Counted from the first letter of the stretch, positions 11,334 to 24,419 are shown. The stretch is 64,000 nt of DNA from Corallochytrium limacisporum Hawaii (GCA_002811645.1 PDIP01000003.1:620001-684000); one strand, 5' to 3'. Translations and numbers: made by a program. Notes: a model not told the origin generated them from the letters alone.

Positions 11334-13256
11334 TTCAGTTTTGATAGTTTTCGTTTCCAAAAGTCAGCCTTTGTCTTCAATAAGAATGTCGACACCCCTC
11401 CTAGGTACTTAAGAGATCAATCCCTACTCATAAAGTACCTAAGTGAGCGCACTGGGACCCGCGCAATCGATCTGACAACTCGCTCGCCCGAACGCTCCTT
11501 TCTCTATGCAAGGTCCCTTGCACCACTGGTACCCTACCTTCCTCGCAACCTATATTTCGCCACCAAAAATAAACTGTGGGTGTTCTGCGGTACTGCTGCG
11601 ACCCCTTCTTTTATCTGTCGCTGGGGACAGCTGTGGTTTGAGTACGCATTGGGTGCAGGGGCGATGTAGGCGACTGCTTCTGTTTACTATGAAACATTGC
11701 AATTGTGTGATCTCCACATAGCACCAAGAGGGCGGCGGGCGGGAAAACAATAACTGAACTCCACATTAATCATATTAGTAAGGAGACACAGAACCGATAA
11801 TTGATCATATTTTATTGATTTCATGGTTCTGACTATATGCAAGAAGGCAGAGTTCCAATGACACATATTTTTTCGCGCATCACTCACCATCCATCATCGC
11901 GATTACATGACCGAACCGGGGGTCGCTATTGACGTCTTTTGCGCGGATGAGTTGCCGGCAGGAGTTACGCTGTCCGGTGCTGGTAAGATTCTTCCATTCC
12001 ACTGCGTCCTTGTCAATCTGTTAACACTCCGAAAACTGTTTGAACCGCTTTCTCCTGTCGTTTTGACCGAGCAGGCGCGCCCCAAAAAGATACCCACCCG
12101 TACATTCAGTATCAGACTGGGCTGCTCGCTCAGTGAGTCTACTGCAACATGTGATTTCTGCCGCACACAGGCCGAGCATTCCTCTTCCGAATGAGAAGGA
12201 TTCTGGTCAGCATTCTATCTATTTATTCACAATGTGAGAATGCGGAGTGCTCAGCGCTTCTGTGAAACAAATCAGTTGTTCTTCGAATTGACCGTCGCAT
12301 GCGTGGTGTGCCGAATGCGGTGGGCGTTAAAGAATCGGGAATGCTAAACTACACGCGCACAACAGGTGGTAGAAATTTGAGTATGCATTTGGGTGCCGCC
12401 CAGAATTTCTGGTTCACTGTGCGTCATCCAACGGCGGCCATAAACGACAATCGAAACATCACACAGCACACGTCTCGTGGAGTCCACTCTGCCCCACCCC
12501 CCCTCAGCCACGCTCTCCCACACACAACACAAGGCACAATGTTTTGGCGCTTTTTGGTGACCACACAGTGTACAGACCCCAAAGAATTTGGGGCGTTCCC
12601 CGCAACGTTGGCCATTCGATCAAGAAACTTGGCTGGGGAGCTCGCAAACGGGACCAATACACTATTAGGTCTTCTTTGGACTTGGACACCCGTGGTGTAC
12701 CAAAGCGAGCACTCATCTCCTTCTCTCTTTTCTGGATATTAGAATGATGGCTGTGTATGTATGTCCTCCCCTTCCGTCCGTTGTATAGAACCCGTCTGTT
12801 AGAGCGCATCTCATCAAATAGAGGGGAGGTTGGGGAAACTCCTGTCGCCGGATCTGAAACGGGCACGGTGAGTATTGGACAATTAGTCCAAAAACTTCGA
12901 CCGGGGAACCAAACTTTTCAATGTGTATTGCTTTCTTCAAGTGTCCTTCCAACCTGGCCAGATGACCTGTCGAGTACCACTTTGGGTGAAAAAGAGTGAA
13001 AAAGCCACTTTGAATTGCCAAATCACACGCCACACACACGCTCAGCACGCCGACAACTCAGTCTCTCGGAAGTTGCCATCGATGCGCACCAGAAATGAAA
13101 GCACCCACCTTGACACCATATCCAACGTCGCGAGCGTCTGGAGTCGCACACGGAGCAACCGACTGCGGGCCCCGGACATACTTGTCTTCGAGAGTTCCTC
13201 GATCAGGTAGTTGAGGAATAATCCCCACCTTATGCAATCTGAACCCACACGTTACC

Positions 13257-14174
13257 ATGTTTGCGCATGGGATAGGTATATTGGGAAATGGCCATAGTCA
13301 GAACTCTGTCACCATGAACGACGTGATCGACCAAACGCTGGCGCAGTTTGCCAACCTCGAAATATTTGAGAACATGCGCCCCTGGAAGAGTGAGGAAGAG
13401 TTTCGCAAGGTCCACCCTGTGCGCCAATTGGATGATGTGAATCCCGAGCTGTTCGCTCTGCCTTCATGGACGACGGCTCTGTATATTGCTCTCGTGGCTT
13501 ACGGTCTGTGGGTTACCTCTCCGGGAAGCCCTCAGTCTCAGGGCCCAGTCCGTCGTGTTAGCCAGACCTTTATGAAATCATATAACGGGGTGCAGGTCAT
13601 CTACAACCTAATTACTGTCATTGTGACTCTTTTAGCCGTCTACCACGGAGTTGTCTTTGCAGGTAATGACCTTGGTATTTGGGTCAGCAATCCTTGGATT
13701 CAGCCTGCCATCAGTCTGCACTACTTCTCCAAGTATCTTGACTGTGTGGACACCTACATCATTGTTCAGAATCGCAAGCGCGACCAACTATCTTTCCTGC
13801 ACTACTACCATCACGTCAGCATCATCTGGTGTTGGTTCATGGTCCTGTACTACCGTCCCGACCCTGATGCCTACCTCGGATGCCTCCTTAACTCCTTCGT
13901 GCACACTATTATGTACGGATACTATCTCTGCAGCTGCTATGGAATCAAGGTGCCATTGGTGATTAAGAAGAACATTACCAATCTGCAAATGGTCCAGTTC
14001 TTGACAGTGACCTCCCAAAGTGTCTTCGTCATACTCTACCGGGAAGATAGCCGCGCTCCGATGGCATGGCTGCAGCTGTGGGAGATGATGTCTCTGTTCG
14101 TGCTCTTCGGTCTGTGGCGCATGACTCGGTACGCTGCCCCTGCTAAGGCAACTAAGGCAGCCAAGGCTGCATAG
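13257..14174 (+). CDS. ELO/GNS1/SUR4-family fatty acid elongase (PUFA elongase-like)
   Basis: KYLDCVDT, QLSFLHYYHH histidine box, NSFVHTIMYGYY, TNLQMVQF, Lys-rich ER-type tail. Alternative start at 13314. Confidence 0.95.
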   Translation: MFAHGIGILGNGHSQNSVTMNDVIDQTLAQFANLEIFENMRPWKSEEEFRKVHPVRQLDDVNPELFALPSWTTALYIALVAYGLWVTSPGSPQSQGPVRRVSQTFMKSYNGVQVIYNLITVIVTLLAVYHGVVFAGNDLGIWVSNPWIQPAISLHYFSKYLDCVDTYIIVQNRKRDQLSFLHYYHHVSIIWCWFMVLYYRPDPDAYLGCLLNSFVHTIMYGYYLCSCYGIKVPLVIKKNITNLQMVQFLTVTSQSVFVILYREDSRAPMAWLQLWEMMSLFVLFGLWRMTRYAAPAKATKAAKAA

Positions 14175-15199
14175 GTACACAGAGATGTATGCACGTACGA
14201 AGGTTGAAATAACAAACTAGCGCATGGGCATGTGTCCCTGCAATAAGGCATAGATATATATTTATAGTAATGACATCGTATACGGTACTCTAGTGAAGTG
14301 GTAGTGAACTGTAGAGAAGAGCAAGCAAAGCATCGGAAAGGAGATATTGGAGCAGAGAATTGTCGATGAAACATTGTGAAAGTTGCATAAAATGAGATTA
14401 GGTCCCGCAGTGCAGGATAAAAATCGCCTTCTGGCCAACCCAAGCCAATTCAGAGAGAAAAGAAATATGGAAAGGAGATGAGGAAGGAAGAGGCAAGATA
14501 AAGTTAAGGATAGCAGAGAGATTTGGCAAAGATCGGGGCCGGCTGCGTCCAGCTGGAAGTGTGCAACGCTGAACCAACCGAGAGCATAGGCCTTCAATGC
14601 AAGCACCAAAGTTAACTCCGGAAAGATGCCATACGCCCGAAGCCCCTTTAAAAATCAAAATAACCACATGAAGTGCTGTGCACTTCGTATCAGTGATTAA
14701 GCTGATAAGAACAGATACTACACTTGATCTTAGCCAAAATGGCCAGAAGCGATAAGACAGCCAACTTAATGTCCTGAGCTGTGATTAGCGGCCGTTTTTA
14801 AATACCAACCCTTCAGAACAGACAACAAGGTGACCTATCTCATACAGTACCCACAGGGACAACGACCACAACTGTGCTAGAGCCCCATACTTCTGCCAAG
14901 CCACACTCCCGCGCTTTATGAAGACCTTCTCGTGTGGCCGAAAATCCAAAAAGCATGCTTCGGTGGGCGCCGCCTTGTTCCCCACCTCTCTTGTATACTC
15001 GGTATACCGCCACGTTCACGTATATCAATACATTCAAAGGGCGGTTCTAGTAGAAATTTCTTTAATTGATCAATATATGAGTGGCACGCGTTGTCACAAT
15101 ACATATATATTACTCAAGTGGGATGCAGCAAATCAATATATGCTCTGGTGCAAACCCCTAGAGGCCTCGGAATCCACCCTGGTCAGAGGTTCAAAGAGA

Positions 15200-15733
15200 T
15201 CAATCCTCCATGCGATCGTAGTACTCTATCCTTATCTCTTCGACACATTCAGCAATATCTTCATTGATGGCGCCCAATGTTTTACGGAGGTCTTTCACGA
15301 TGGCTTCGGTGTGGGAAAAGATCTTTGACTCTTGGTCGTCTATTCCTTTCAGATCATACAGTGACAAATGCAATTCTACAGTTTTTTCTAGTTTCGACTT
15401 CTCTAGTCCTTGCCATTTTTCGATCAGACTAACCCAGGCCTGATAAGCTCCGGATTTCTCTTCTAGCTGCGACTTGTCGTCCAGGATGGATGTAGAGATA
15501 TCTTTGAACTTGTCAGTCACAGTTTTCATGATCTGACGGTAAGCCACGAAACTCTCTTCTGCTTCGGATTCGTTATATTCCTTGAACGCATTATCTAGGA
15601 CTGCGTAGGTCAACGCTCTCTGTTCGTAAGAATCCAGGAGGTGTTTCAGCACTCTGATCTCAAAGTCTTTTGGACCTTCCCCGTTGTTCCCAGGTACTGC
15701 CATGCTCGCTGTCAAGCCTCCAGTTATTCTCAT
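15200..15733 (-). CDS. REX1-B (required for excision 1B) domain protein
   Basis: All-helical pattern EQRALTYAVLDNAFKEY...YRQIMKTVTDKFKDIS...QGLEKSKLEKTVELHL...AINEDIAECVEEIR matches the REX1B family layout. Confidence 0.7.
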   Translation of the reverse strand: MRITGGLTASMAVPGNNGEGPKDFEIRVLKHLLDSYEQRALTYAVLDNAFKEYNESEAEESFVAYRQIMKTVTDKFKDISTSILDDKSQLEEKSGAYQAWVSLIEKWQGLEKSKLEKTVELHLSLYDLKGIDDQESKIFSHTEAIVKDLRKTLGAINEDIAECVEEIRIEYYDRMED

Positions 15734-16044
15734 GATCTCAGCATCCGCAGCCAGTCACATCATACAAAATTTCTGACCTGAAATAGGTTTAGACCGTGCT
15801 CGCGTACTCCTTGAGTTCACATCTATGTTCTCCACTACTTTCAATTTCTTTGAGAAGGCACGTCGTCGGTTTCAGAAAAATCTTCAGTCCGGCTTGCCCT
15901 CCCTGGCACGGCGGTAGGGGCGAGCCTCAGGACCACGGTGGGAGAGATTCTCCCCAAATTCCACATTGGATGTCTGTGACATATATCCCTGCTATTTGAA
16001 AACAACGGTGATGGACAAACACAGATTGTTGTTCCATTGAGGCC

Positions 16045-16635
16045 ATGGTGAAGAAATATGAAACATGTGCAACTAGCATGTTGTGTGTAGCAAGATCTAG
16101 AAGGGGTGTACTATGGGTAAACCCATTCAGGGCGGTGTCTGCGGTGAGGTCCAAACACGCAAGGGTCAACGCGGATGACCTGCACCCGCTGGGTTTTGGG
16201 CCCTACAAGGACACTAAGTCAGCCGAGGACTTAACAGAGACAGAGAAAGACAACCTTATGGGGCGATCATTCCAGCCCAATCTCTATCTCTGGAACCTCC
16301 GTCGATTCCATGAAGCAGCTCAAGAGATTGACGATGTACAGAGAGACGCCACGCTGCCCAACTGGGGTCCCTTCTTACAGTTCACCAATGAAAGCATAGA
16401 TTACGAACGGTACGCCACATTGAACGATGTCGAATATTCTCCAAAGGAAGTTCGATCGTTATACCGGAGATGCTTGAAGTTTTGCGACGATTTCGAAGGA
16501 CTCAGTGATATTTCAGTGATTCGTTCTCAGATACAAAAGGAGTTCCGCAAGCCTGTACGGGATAATGACGAAGGCAAGTGGCAGTGTCAACGAGCTCATC
16601 ACTTTCTTAACACCGCTTGTCACAAAATTATTTAA
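16045..16635 (+). CDS. Mitochondrial LYR-motif protein
   Basis: EVRSLYRRCLK...IRSQIQKEFRK LYR signature. Arg-rich presequence-like N-terminus; possible start at 16078. Confidence 0.75.
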   Translation: MVKKYETCATSMLCVARSRRGVLWVNPFRAVSAVRSKHARVNADDLHPLGFGPYKDTKSAEDLTETEKDNLMGRSFQPNLYLWNLRRFHEAAQEIDDVQRDATLPNWGPFLQFTNESIDYERYATLNDVEYSPKEVRSLYRRCLKFCDDFEGLSDISVIRSQIQKEFRKPVRDNDEGKWQCQRAHHFLNTACHKII

Positions 16636-16855
16636 GAAGTACTCCGACACATGTAGTAAAGAATTAGACGTATGGATATCAAATGGGGTGTGGATTGTTG
16701 CTTTAACATCCTGCAGGTCAGCGGAAAGAGAATCTGAAAATTCGAAATACAAATGAATGGAAGTATTTGTTATATATTAAACATGATATGGTAGACTTTG
16801 AGGCGCTGGAAGGAATTCGAGAAAGAGATTAGGGCTCTTGAGGTGAGAGGCGCGT

Positions 16856-19102
16856 TCACTTTGAGGCAGCACCCTCTTCACCGTCAAGGTTGCGATCGAT
16901 GGCATCCACTACCTTTGTGGCAGCAACGGGGATACGGGTGCCCGGTCCAAAGACCTCAGCCACACCGGCTTCCTTCAGGAAATCATAATCGCGTGGAGGG
17001 ATGACGCCACCGCAGATGATGACCATGTCGTCACGGCCCAGTTTCTTGAGCTCTTCAATAACAGCGGGGACCAGGGTCTTGTGACCAGCGGCCTGACTGG
17101 AGATTCCCACGGCGTGGACATCAGCGTCGACAGCCTGGCGAGCAACCTCAGCAGGGGTCTGGAAAAGAGGACCAACATCAACGTCAAAGCCCAAGTCAGA
17201 GAAACCGGTTGCGATGACCTTGGCTCCACGATCGTGTCCGTCCTGGCCCATCTTTGCCACCAGAATACGAGGGCGACGACCGTACTTCTCGCTAAAGGCC
17301 TCAATCTTCTTGATACCATTTTCAATGTCTGAGCTCACACCGTACTCACTCTTATATGCTCCGCTCACCAGGCGCTCTTCTGGCTTGTGGCGACCAAATA
17401 CGACCTCCATGGCATCACTGATCTCTCCCACAGTAGCACGGGCGCGGGCAGCGTCAATAGCCAGGCCCAGGAGATTTCCGCTAGAGGTCTTTGCAGCCTC
17501 GGTAATGGCATCCAGGGTTTGCTTGCACTTTGCCTCATCACGTTCAGCCCGGATTTTCTTTAGCTTTTCCACTTGAGAGGCAAGCACCTGCCGGTTGTCA
17601 ATCTCCAACACATCCACGCTCTCTGCCAAATCGGAGATATACTTATTGGTGCCCACAATGGTCTCGGAGCCGGAATCAATGCGGGCCTGACGCCTGGCAG
17701 CGGCCTCCTCAATGCGCAACTTGGGCATACCACTAGCTACAGCCTTGGCCATGCCTCCCAATTCCTCGACTTCATCGTAGATCTCCCGTGCAGCCCGGTA
17801 GACTTCATCGGTCAGCGCCTCCATCATGTAGGATCCGGCCCATGGATCAGCAACCTTGGTAATGTGGGATTCTTCCTGCAAAATTAACTGGGTGTTACGT
17901 GCGATGCGCGCACTGAAAGGAGTAGGCAGACCCAGGGCTTCGTCAAAGGAATTTGTGTGCAGGGACTGGGTGCCGCCGAACACGGAAGCCATGGCTTCGA
18001 TGGTCGTACGGACAACGTTGTTATATGCATCCTGCTCCTGCAGGGACCAGCCAGAGGTTTGGGAATGAGTACGCAGCATTGTGCTCTTAGGGTTCTTGGG
18101 CTGGAAGTTTTCGGTCATTAATTCGGCCCACAGACGACGCGCTGCACGCATTTTTGCGATTTCCATGTAGAAGTTCATGCCAATAGCCCAGAAGAAGGAC
18201 AGACGTGGTGCAAACTTATCGACATCAAGACCAGCCTTGATACCGGTACGTACGTATTCAATGCCGTCAGCAATTGTGAACGCCATTTCGAGAACCGTAT
18301 CGGCACCAGCTTCCTGCAGATGGTAACCGGAGATGGAGATGGAGTTCCATTTGGGCATATTCTGACTGGTATATGCAAAGATATCAGAAATAATCCGCAT
18401 GCTAGGCTCCGGGGGATAGATAAAGGTGTTACGCACCATGAACTCTTTCAAAATATCATTCTGGATGGTACCCGCAAGTTCCTTCTGCTGTGCACCTTGT
18501 TCCTCGGCGGCCACAATGTACATGGCCATAACGGGCAGCACAGCACCGTTCATGGTCATAGAGGTGGAGATCTTGTTCAGTGGAATATCCTGGAACAGGC
18601 GCTTCATATCCTCCACGCTGTCGATGGCGACACCAGCCATACCCACATCACCGTACACGCGCTCGTTGTCAGAGTCGTAGCCACGGTGCGTAGCGAGATC
18701 GAAGGCAACACTGAGACCCTGCTGACCGGCCTTCAGGTTAGCCTTGTAAAACTTGTTGGACTCTTCGACAGTAGAGAAACCGGCATACTGGCGAATGGTC
18801 CATGGCTTCACCGTGTACATGGTGTTGTAAGGACCGCGAGTGAAAGGAAACTGACCTGGAAGTTCGTCGGAAAGGCCTTCCACGTCAGCCTGGGTGTACA
18901 CTGGCTTAATGTTGACACCGTCAGGTGTCCGCCAGACAAGGGACTCTGGATCGCGACCCTTCATCTCCTTTTCGGCGTTCTTCTTCCATCCTTCGTTCAA
19001 CGGTACGTCCACCTTAGTTCGGACCGTATTGAGGATGGCAGTCTTGCCCGGGAAGGCACTGATGCGGTTTGCGACCTTTCCGACGCGAGGAAGGTACACC
19101 AT
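16856..19102 (-). CDS. MMUT: Methylmalonyl-CoA mutase, adenosylcobalamin-dependent
   Basis: [36 protein letters not shown]12-binding [10 protein letters not shown]; N-terminal mitochondrial presequence. Confidence 0.98.
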   Translation of the reverse strand: MVYLPRVGKVANRISAFPGKTAILNTVRTKVDVPLNEGWKKNAEKEMKGRDPESLVWRTPDGVNIKPVYTQADVEGLSDELPGQFPFTRGPYNTMYTVKPWTIRQYAGFSTVEESNKFYKANLKAGQQGLSVAFDLATHRGYDSDNERVYGDVGMAGVAIDSVEDMKRLFQDIPLNKISTSMTMNGAVLPVMAMYIVAAEEQGAQQKELAGTIQNDILKEFMVRNTFIYPPEPSMRIISDIFAYTSQNMPKWNSISISGYHLQEAGADTVLEMAFTIADGIEYVRTGIKAGLDVDKFAPRLSFFWAIGMNFYMEIAKMRAARRLWAELMTENFQPKNPKSTMLRTHSQTSGWSLQEQDAYNNVVRTTIEAMASVFGGTQSLHTNSFDEALGLPTPFSARIARNTQLILQEESHITKVADPWAGSYMMEALTDEVYRAAREIYDEVEELGGMAKAVASGMPKLRIEEAAARRQARIDSGSETIVGTNKYISDLAESVDVLEIDNRQVLASQVEKLKKIRAERDEAKCKQTLDAITEAAKTSSGNLLGLAIDAARARATVGEISDAMEVVFGRHKPEERLVSGAYKSEYGVSSDIENGIKKIEAFSEKYGRRPRILVAKMGQDGHDRGAKVIATGFSDLGFDVDVGPLFQTPAEVARQAVDADVHAVGISSQAAGHKTLVPAVIEELKKLGRDDMVIICGGVIPPRDYDFLKEAGVAEVFGPGTRIPVAATKVVDAIDRNLDGEEGAASK

Positions 19103-21752
19103 TCTGTGTGATTATTGACTACGCCTCTTTTGACTAGACCAAAGTCAATAGTAGTAGGGGGCTCCAGATGAATTAGTTGCGCCGCAAAACTCTCTAAAAT
19201 ATGTGGCTTTCATGTTTTCAGCGATTCGTGTAGTCGTTGTTTCCACGCGTTAAGAGAATCTGGGGCCGATGGGATGTTTTCAGCACACCGCTCTACGAGA
19301 GGGGTCGGCACAAGCCAGAAGTCACACTGCACCTCCCTCCCATACCCTTGTCCCCCCCCCCTTCCCTCCCCACGGGAGGAACCCAAAATGGCTGTAATTT
19401 TTCGGGGTCTTGCAGACCAGTGCTATTTTTGTGCATACTTTGCGCCCACTGAATATGGGGGTCCTCGCCGAGGACTTACCTCTTCTACCCACCCATCTCA
19501 CGAAGCACACCTGGCCAGGGCAGATAGTTTTGTGATTAAAGGGTGCGTGCTCTGCCATTGCAATCGAGATGCTTCTGCAAAAAAACTTGGTCAGTTCCCC
19601 GCACGCAGCCAAGAAGTGGCAACTACAAAGGTGACTGTAAGGGGCCCCGGAAACAGAACACCATACTGCACAGATCGATGAATTTCCGCGGGGACCCTCT
19701 TGTGCATAGTTGGGGCGGCCGTACGTAGCCTGGCAAAGGTCTAGCCGTGTCGGAAGAGCTGGTCTGCCCCAAAGGATGAGGGCAGGCCCAGGCAAAATGA
19801 TCCACCCGCAGACTTGCTCTGCCCGGGAGGTGGTGTGTTCCAACTCTCACCGAGCCACAGTCCGAACCCATTGTTTACGCAGCTCAGCCGGCACGGAGAG
19901 GACTTCCCACGACCGGCCAGTAACGGTGGCCTGGGAAAATTTTCTTCAATTTCGCATTGTTCGCTGCCCCATCTCTCCACTCTCCTTCTCTCACATCTCT
20001 GTCTTTGGATTTTTGGGTTCTTCTGTTTTTTTCTTATTTTTTTTTTTGGGTACGTTCTTTCCTTTATTCTCGCCTTTACTCAAATTTCTACTGGTTTGGG
20101 GGTGAAGGTGGGGGGGTGCGTTACACAATACAGTGAACAGAGAGAGGAGAAACCAATTCACGTTCCTCCGCGAAGTGACAATAGTGCGCGTAAGGACTCC
20201 GAAAATAATATACGGATAGTATTAAAAATAGACAGAATTGCATAAACTATCTACATCGATATCCAACAATGTAGTATTATTTGGTATTTGGTGTAACCAA
20301 AATCATGAATTCCGTATATAAATATTCATGCCCCCATAGCAACGATCCACTGAGCAACCACGGTACAGCTACGTTCACTATATCGCAGGCCCTCCGGGGA
20401 GTCCCCAACCAGCCTGGGGAGGCTCGCTGTGATTGGTCCAACGAGCAAAGGGTACGAGGTTTCCGTAACAGATTGGAATGTGTTTGTTCGAGGAGGTATC
20501 TTCAATGATCCTGTGTAGGTGTATTTGGCTCTATCGGGCCACCCTTCTAGTATGCACTATTGCGACCAGCATAGGGACAGTGCTTCATGTTATCTTTCGG
20601 ACGGATCCAGAATGATGACGATGCAACCTGCACGACCCAATGCACCCGCCCTTCTCTTGAGGCCCCCACAAAGGAACATCATGCCGTAGAGTACCGTCCT
20701 CTACTAACGCACGAGGTAGAGGACAATGGTAGCGCTTTAGTGCTTACTCCCGTCTGTGGCTCTGAGATGCATGCTGGGTTATATGGCTTGCCGGCAGTAC
20801 TGGGCGACAGATTATGCCGGTCATTGCAGCGCGGTTGTCTCTCTGACCGGCATGCTTGGAAACGAACCATAGCGGAGGTATGGAGCCCGGCCATACAATT
20901 GTTGCCGCCGAAATTGCGGTGCCTCGATTCCATACAGTTTGCATAGCAATGCTCGCCAACCGCTCGTTTTCCTTCCAAGAAAGGGTCGACAATGATTTCC
21001 GCTGTCTTCTGTCGGTCCAAAGAACCGTCTATTAAACGTCAAACTGGCACCGATGAACATGGTCAAGCATACATAGGTGAACACCTATCATAGATAATCA
21101 ATGAACAGAAATAGAAGGAAACGGGACCGGAAGGGAAGGCAGTTGATCGAAAAGGAAGAATGATTGTGGGTGCCGGTCGTTCAGCGTAAGGTTCGCCGCC
21201 CTCCCCGCGGTGGTTCGGCCCTCCTTCCTTGTGTTCCAAAACTTAAAAAGTATACAATATATTTGGCATAGATCTCAAGCGGCCGATGGGGCGAAACCCG
21301 CCACCGGTGAGTCCTACCGGATGTGCTTTGGACCCGTACTGGGCCACGTCAGACTGAGCATATCTTGCGATGCGCATGAGAAGAGTAGTTTCTGCTGTAC
21401 TTCTTGTCTCCATGATCTATCTATTGTTTTCTAGGCTTCAGAGGCTGCACATTCCTTTCTGCCTTTCCCGCAGTTCGCGAAACATTTTCTCCAACCTTCT
21501 CTAAGCTCAAGGGAAGTGGAAGGTATTCAAATCATTGGTGTAAGTCTTGGACTTAGTACAAGAACTCACCCATTCAGATACGCGAAAAGAGCAACATACA
21601 CACTACGGACCATTTTCAGGCACACAATCTGAATACGACACATACCGAATCCTTATAAAGAATGTGAAGACCCGGGGAAAGCGTAGAGAATATCCTCACG
21701 GAAGAAGTCAGGTTAGAGTAGCGTTGGATCAGTACACGCCCGCACAGTCAAA

Positions 21753-24131
21753 ATGACCACTGATGGACCGGACCAGGGAAGCGCTGGTCTGCGTCGCATC
21801 ACCACCCAGGTGCGCCGCCGCATTGAAGAACTCCAGTCCCATAATACGAAATCATCAACTACCAAACATGTTATGGAAGAACCGCCAAACCACGTCTCGG
21901 TGAGTCGGCTTCGGAGAGTGTTCATGGGAGAGGCTGTGGACTCGGAGCCTCATGAAAACGAAGACAACTTGCATGGCCAAGGAAGTTCAATGGATGACAT
22001 CCACCGCGCAGAAAAATCTCACAAGCGGATGGAAAGCGCATCTTTTCCTCGGTCAATAAGCATGCGGGAACGTCCAACAAGGTCGCTATCTTGTGATTGG
22101 GAAGAGATGGATGTCTTGCCAGAATACAGCGATCGGTTGCTGACCCAGAAACAGAATGGTACTAAGATGAAGTCCGAAAATTCATTAGCAACAAAGCCGC
22201 AAGGGCGACATCTCCGGATAACCACTTCCTCGACCATCTGCGGCGACAGTCAGACCACGGTGGGTGCCTCTTCAGACGCTATGGTTCGGACCTTGGGGAA
22301 TAGTTCATCAGCCTCGGCCCTGCGCAAGAGCCAGAGATTCATTCAGAGCTTAGATATGGCCAAATCAGCAAAGGAGGGCGCAGAATTCCACCGTCGTCTG
22401 ACGCTCCAAGGGTTCAATGACATTGAACTGGATCTCCAGAGCAGCATGAATTTCCTAAACGCGATCGGAAGCCCTCAAGCCAGCCAAGACAAGATTGCAG
22501 ATGCAGCAGCTGCCGCAGCCAGTGAACAGGACAGCAACGGTGAGCATCCAGTTGCCCACGCGACCGTGCGTCGCATGCCCCGCAGTTTCTCAGGCGTTGG
22601 TCGGGACGATGAAGGCTTCTTAATGGTGGAGGCTGACAACATCCTCCAGTCCACAATAGCGGAGGATACCGTAAACGACGAGCTCTTTGAGGATCAGGAT
22701 GGACGAGGATTGACTGTTACTACTGCGGTGGGTCTCAGAGAAAGCACAGGATCTCTGCGGCAGCACTCCTTGACCAACTCCGCTCCTTCGGTGCTAAGTT
22801 CGACGCCCTCGTTGAATCCCGACAATCTGGCCAGCTCCATCGCATCAGCAGTGGGATCGGCCATCTTTGATGTCATGTCACAGAGTGCAGTTGACTCTGG
22901 GGAAGACACGAAGTTGGAACTAGATCAGTTCGTGGTCTTGGGGGATAGGTATACATCGGACGAAGCACGGGCAACAGTGGCCCCCCAGGTCAATGACCCG
23001 GCACATAATCTGATGTCGATCGAGACAAGGCAGAGACTGCATATTTCTTTGGATGAATGTAGACTTGACCCAGAGTTCACATATCCAATGTACTCGACAC
23101 TAATCGCCCCGCATCCGCACCAGGTCTGCTTCGTGGTGGACGAGAACTTGGGCTACTGCGCAGTCTCTGTGCGAAAAGAAAAGCTGCCTGACAAATCAAC
23201 TCGTTATCGTGTATTGATCATGCCATCTAAGGGTTCACAGGTGCGCAAGATTGTCAGAGACAATCAGTGCCATGTCTCGTCCATCCTTCGTACGAAACCG
23301 TCTTTCCGGGACGTCCTACAGGCGGCTTACACGTTCCGTCCCATTACCAAGTTCCGCACACCGAGCACAAAACAGAAGGAGCAGGTCAAAAAGGCGCTGA
23401 TTGAAGCAGAAAAGAAGATGAACATGGACAAGTACAATATTGGGGTCATCTACGTCCGTCCGGGCCAGAAACAGGAAGGAGAATACTTCAACAACGAAGA
23501 TGGCAGTCCGGCATTCAATAACTTTGTTGAACTACTCGGCGAGAAGATTCGCCTACAGGGGTTCAAGGGCCACCGCGGCGGCCTGGACACTCACAGCAAC
23601 ACCACCGGTACCCACAGCGTGGCCACCATCTTTAGTGGTGTGGAGATCATGTTTCACGTCTCCACATTGCTGCCATACGTCCAAGGAGATCCGCAGCAGG
23701 TTCGCCGCAAAGCCTTCATTGGCAACGACATTTCTCAAATTGTCTTTGTTGAATGCGACGAGGGCACAGACCGAGTTACAACTTCTAAATTTGACCCGGA
23801 ATCCCTGACTGCGCAGTTTCCACACGTGTTCTTGGTTGTGCACATGCTGAAGAAGGACCCTCCGGTCTACGCACTCCATGAGGTGCATCGTAAGGAACTC
23901 CAGCCATACCCACCGATGGTCTCCCGTAACGTGTGGACTCATGACACTACTTTCCGCGACGTCCTGCTGACCAAGGCGATTAACGGCCAGCACGCAGCCT
24001 ATCGCAATGGCAAGCTTAGCATCGTGCGTCAAAGCCTGTGCCGCGGTCTACTCAAGTCTGTCTGCGATGATTTCGTCCCGGAGATTGAATCCGACCTGAC
24101 GAAATCTAAGGTGGCCACCCGCAAGAGGTAA
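21753..24131 (+). CDS. RapGAP-domain protein (Rap1GAP/SIPA1/GARNL3 family)
   Basis: C-terminal YNIGVIYV...GFKGHRGGLD...TGTHSV...EIMFHVSTLLPY...RKAFIGND with the catalytic Asn; long disordered N-terminus. Confidence 0.93.
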   Translation: MTTDGPDQGSAGLRRITTQVRRRIEELQSHNTKSSTTKHVMEEPPNHVSVSRLRRVFMGEAVDSEPHENEDNLHGQGSSMDDIHRAEKSHKRMESASFPRSISMRERPTRSLSCDWEEMDVLPEYSDRLLTQKQNGTKMKSENSLATKPQGRHLRITTSSTICGDSQTTVGASSDAMVRTLGNSSSASALRKSQRFIQSLDMAKSAKEGAEFHRRLTLQGFNDIELDLQSSMNFLNAIGSPQASQDKIADAAAAAASEQDSNGEHPVAHATVRRMPRSFSGVGRDDEGFLMVEADNILQSTIAEDTVNDELFEDQDGRGLTVTTAVGLRESTGSLRQHSLTNSAPSVLSSTPSLNPDNLASSIASAVGSAIFDVMSQSAVDSGEDTKLELDQFVVLGDRYTSDEARATVAPQVNDPAHNLMSIETRQRLHISLDECRLDPEFTYPMYSTLIAPHPHQVCFVVDENLGYCAVSVRKEKLPDKSTRYRVLIMPSKGSQVRKIVRDNQCHVSSILRTKPSFRDVLQAAYTFRPITKFRTPSTKQKEQVKKALIEAEKKMNMDKYNIGVIYVRPGQKQEGEYFNNEDGSPAFNNFVELLGEKIRLQGFKGHRGGLDTHSNTTGTHSVATIFSGVEIMFHVSTLLPYVQGDPQQVRRKAFIGNDISQIVFVECDEGTDRVTTSKFDPESLTAQFPHVFLVVHMLKKDPPVYALHEVHRKELQPYPPMVSRNVWTHDTTFRDVLLTKAINGQHAAYRNGKLSIVRQSLCRGLLKSVCDDFVPEIESDLTKSKVATRKR

Positions 24132-24419
24132 CCCCCATATGTGATTCATGTGAATACAGAATATAAGACCAGGAATATGTACTATATCTCATCGTAGTCG
24201 CCGACCTGTTGCTCCCTGAATGACAGATGCCGCTAGAGTTCCAGACAGTTAATACAGGTCCCGGGGTCAACCATGCGCCTGCATTAGGCAGATACACCAG
24301 ACTGGATCGCATACAGAGAAGCATATCCAGTCCAAGGTAGCACCTGGATAGTATCAGTCTCTTTGCTACAGACTTGTTAATGCCAACATTGTCTGCTGAT
24401 TCGGTTCGGAGGCACTGAT

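Noticed and set aside
11400-13256. Short ORFs in the 1.9-kb gap upstream of the elongase (e.g. 13042-13248, 12713-13048)
   Set aside because: Mostly non-ATG or motif-free, with no recognisable family; could be UTR or promoter sequence.
19103-19400. Possible cobalamin riboswitch upstream of MMUT (inverted repeat TATTGACT 19113-20 / AGTCAATA 19143-50; AAGCCAGAAG near 19312)
   Set aside because: The B12-box-like word is on the wrong strand, and the other conserved elements (GGGAA, GCCACTG in proper arrangement) are not present. An 8-bp stem alone is unremarkable.
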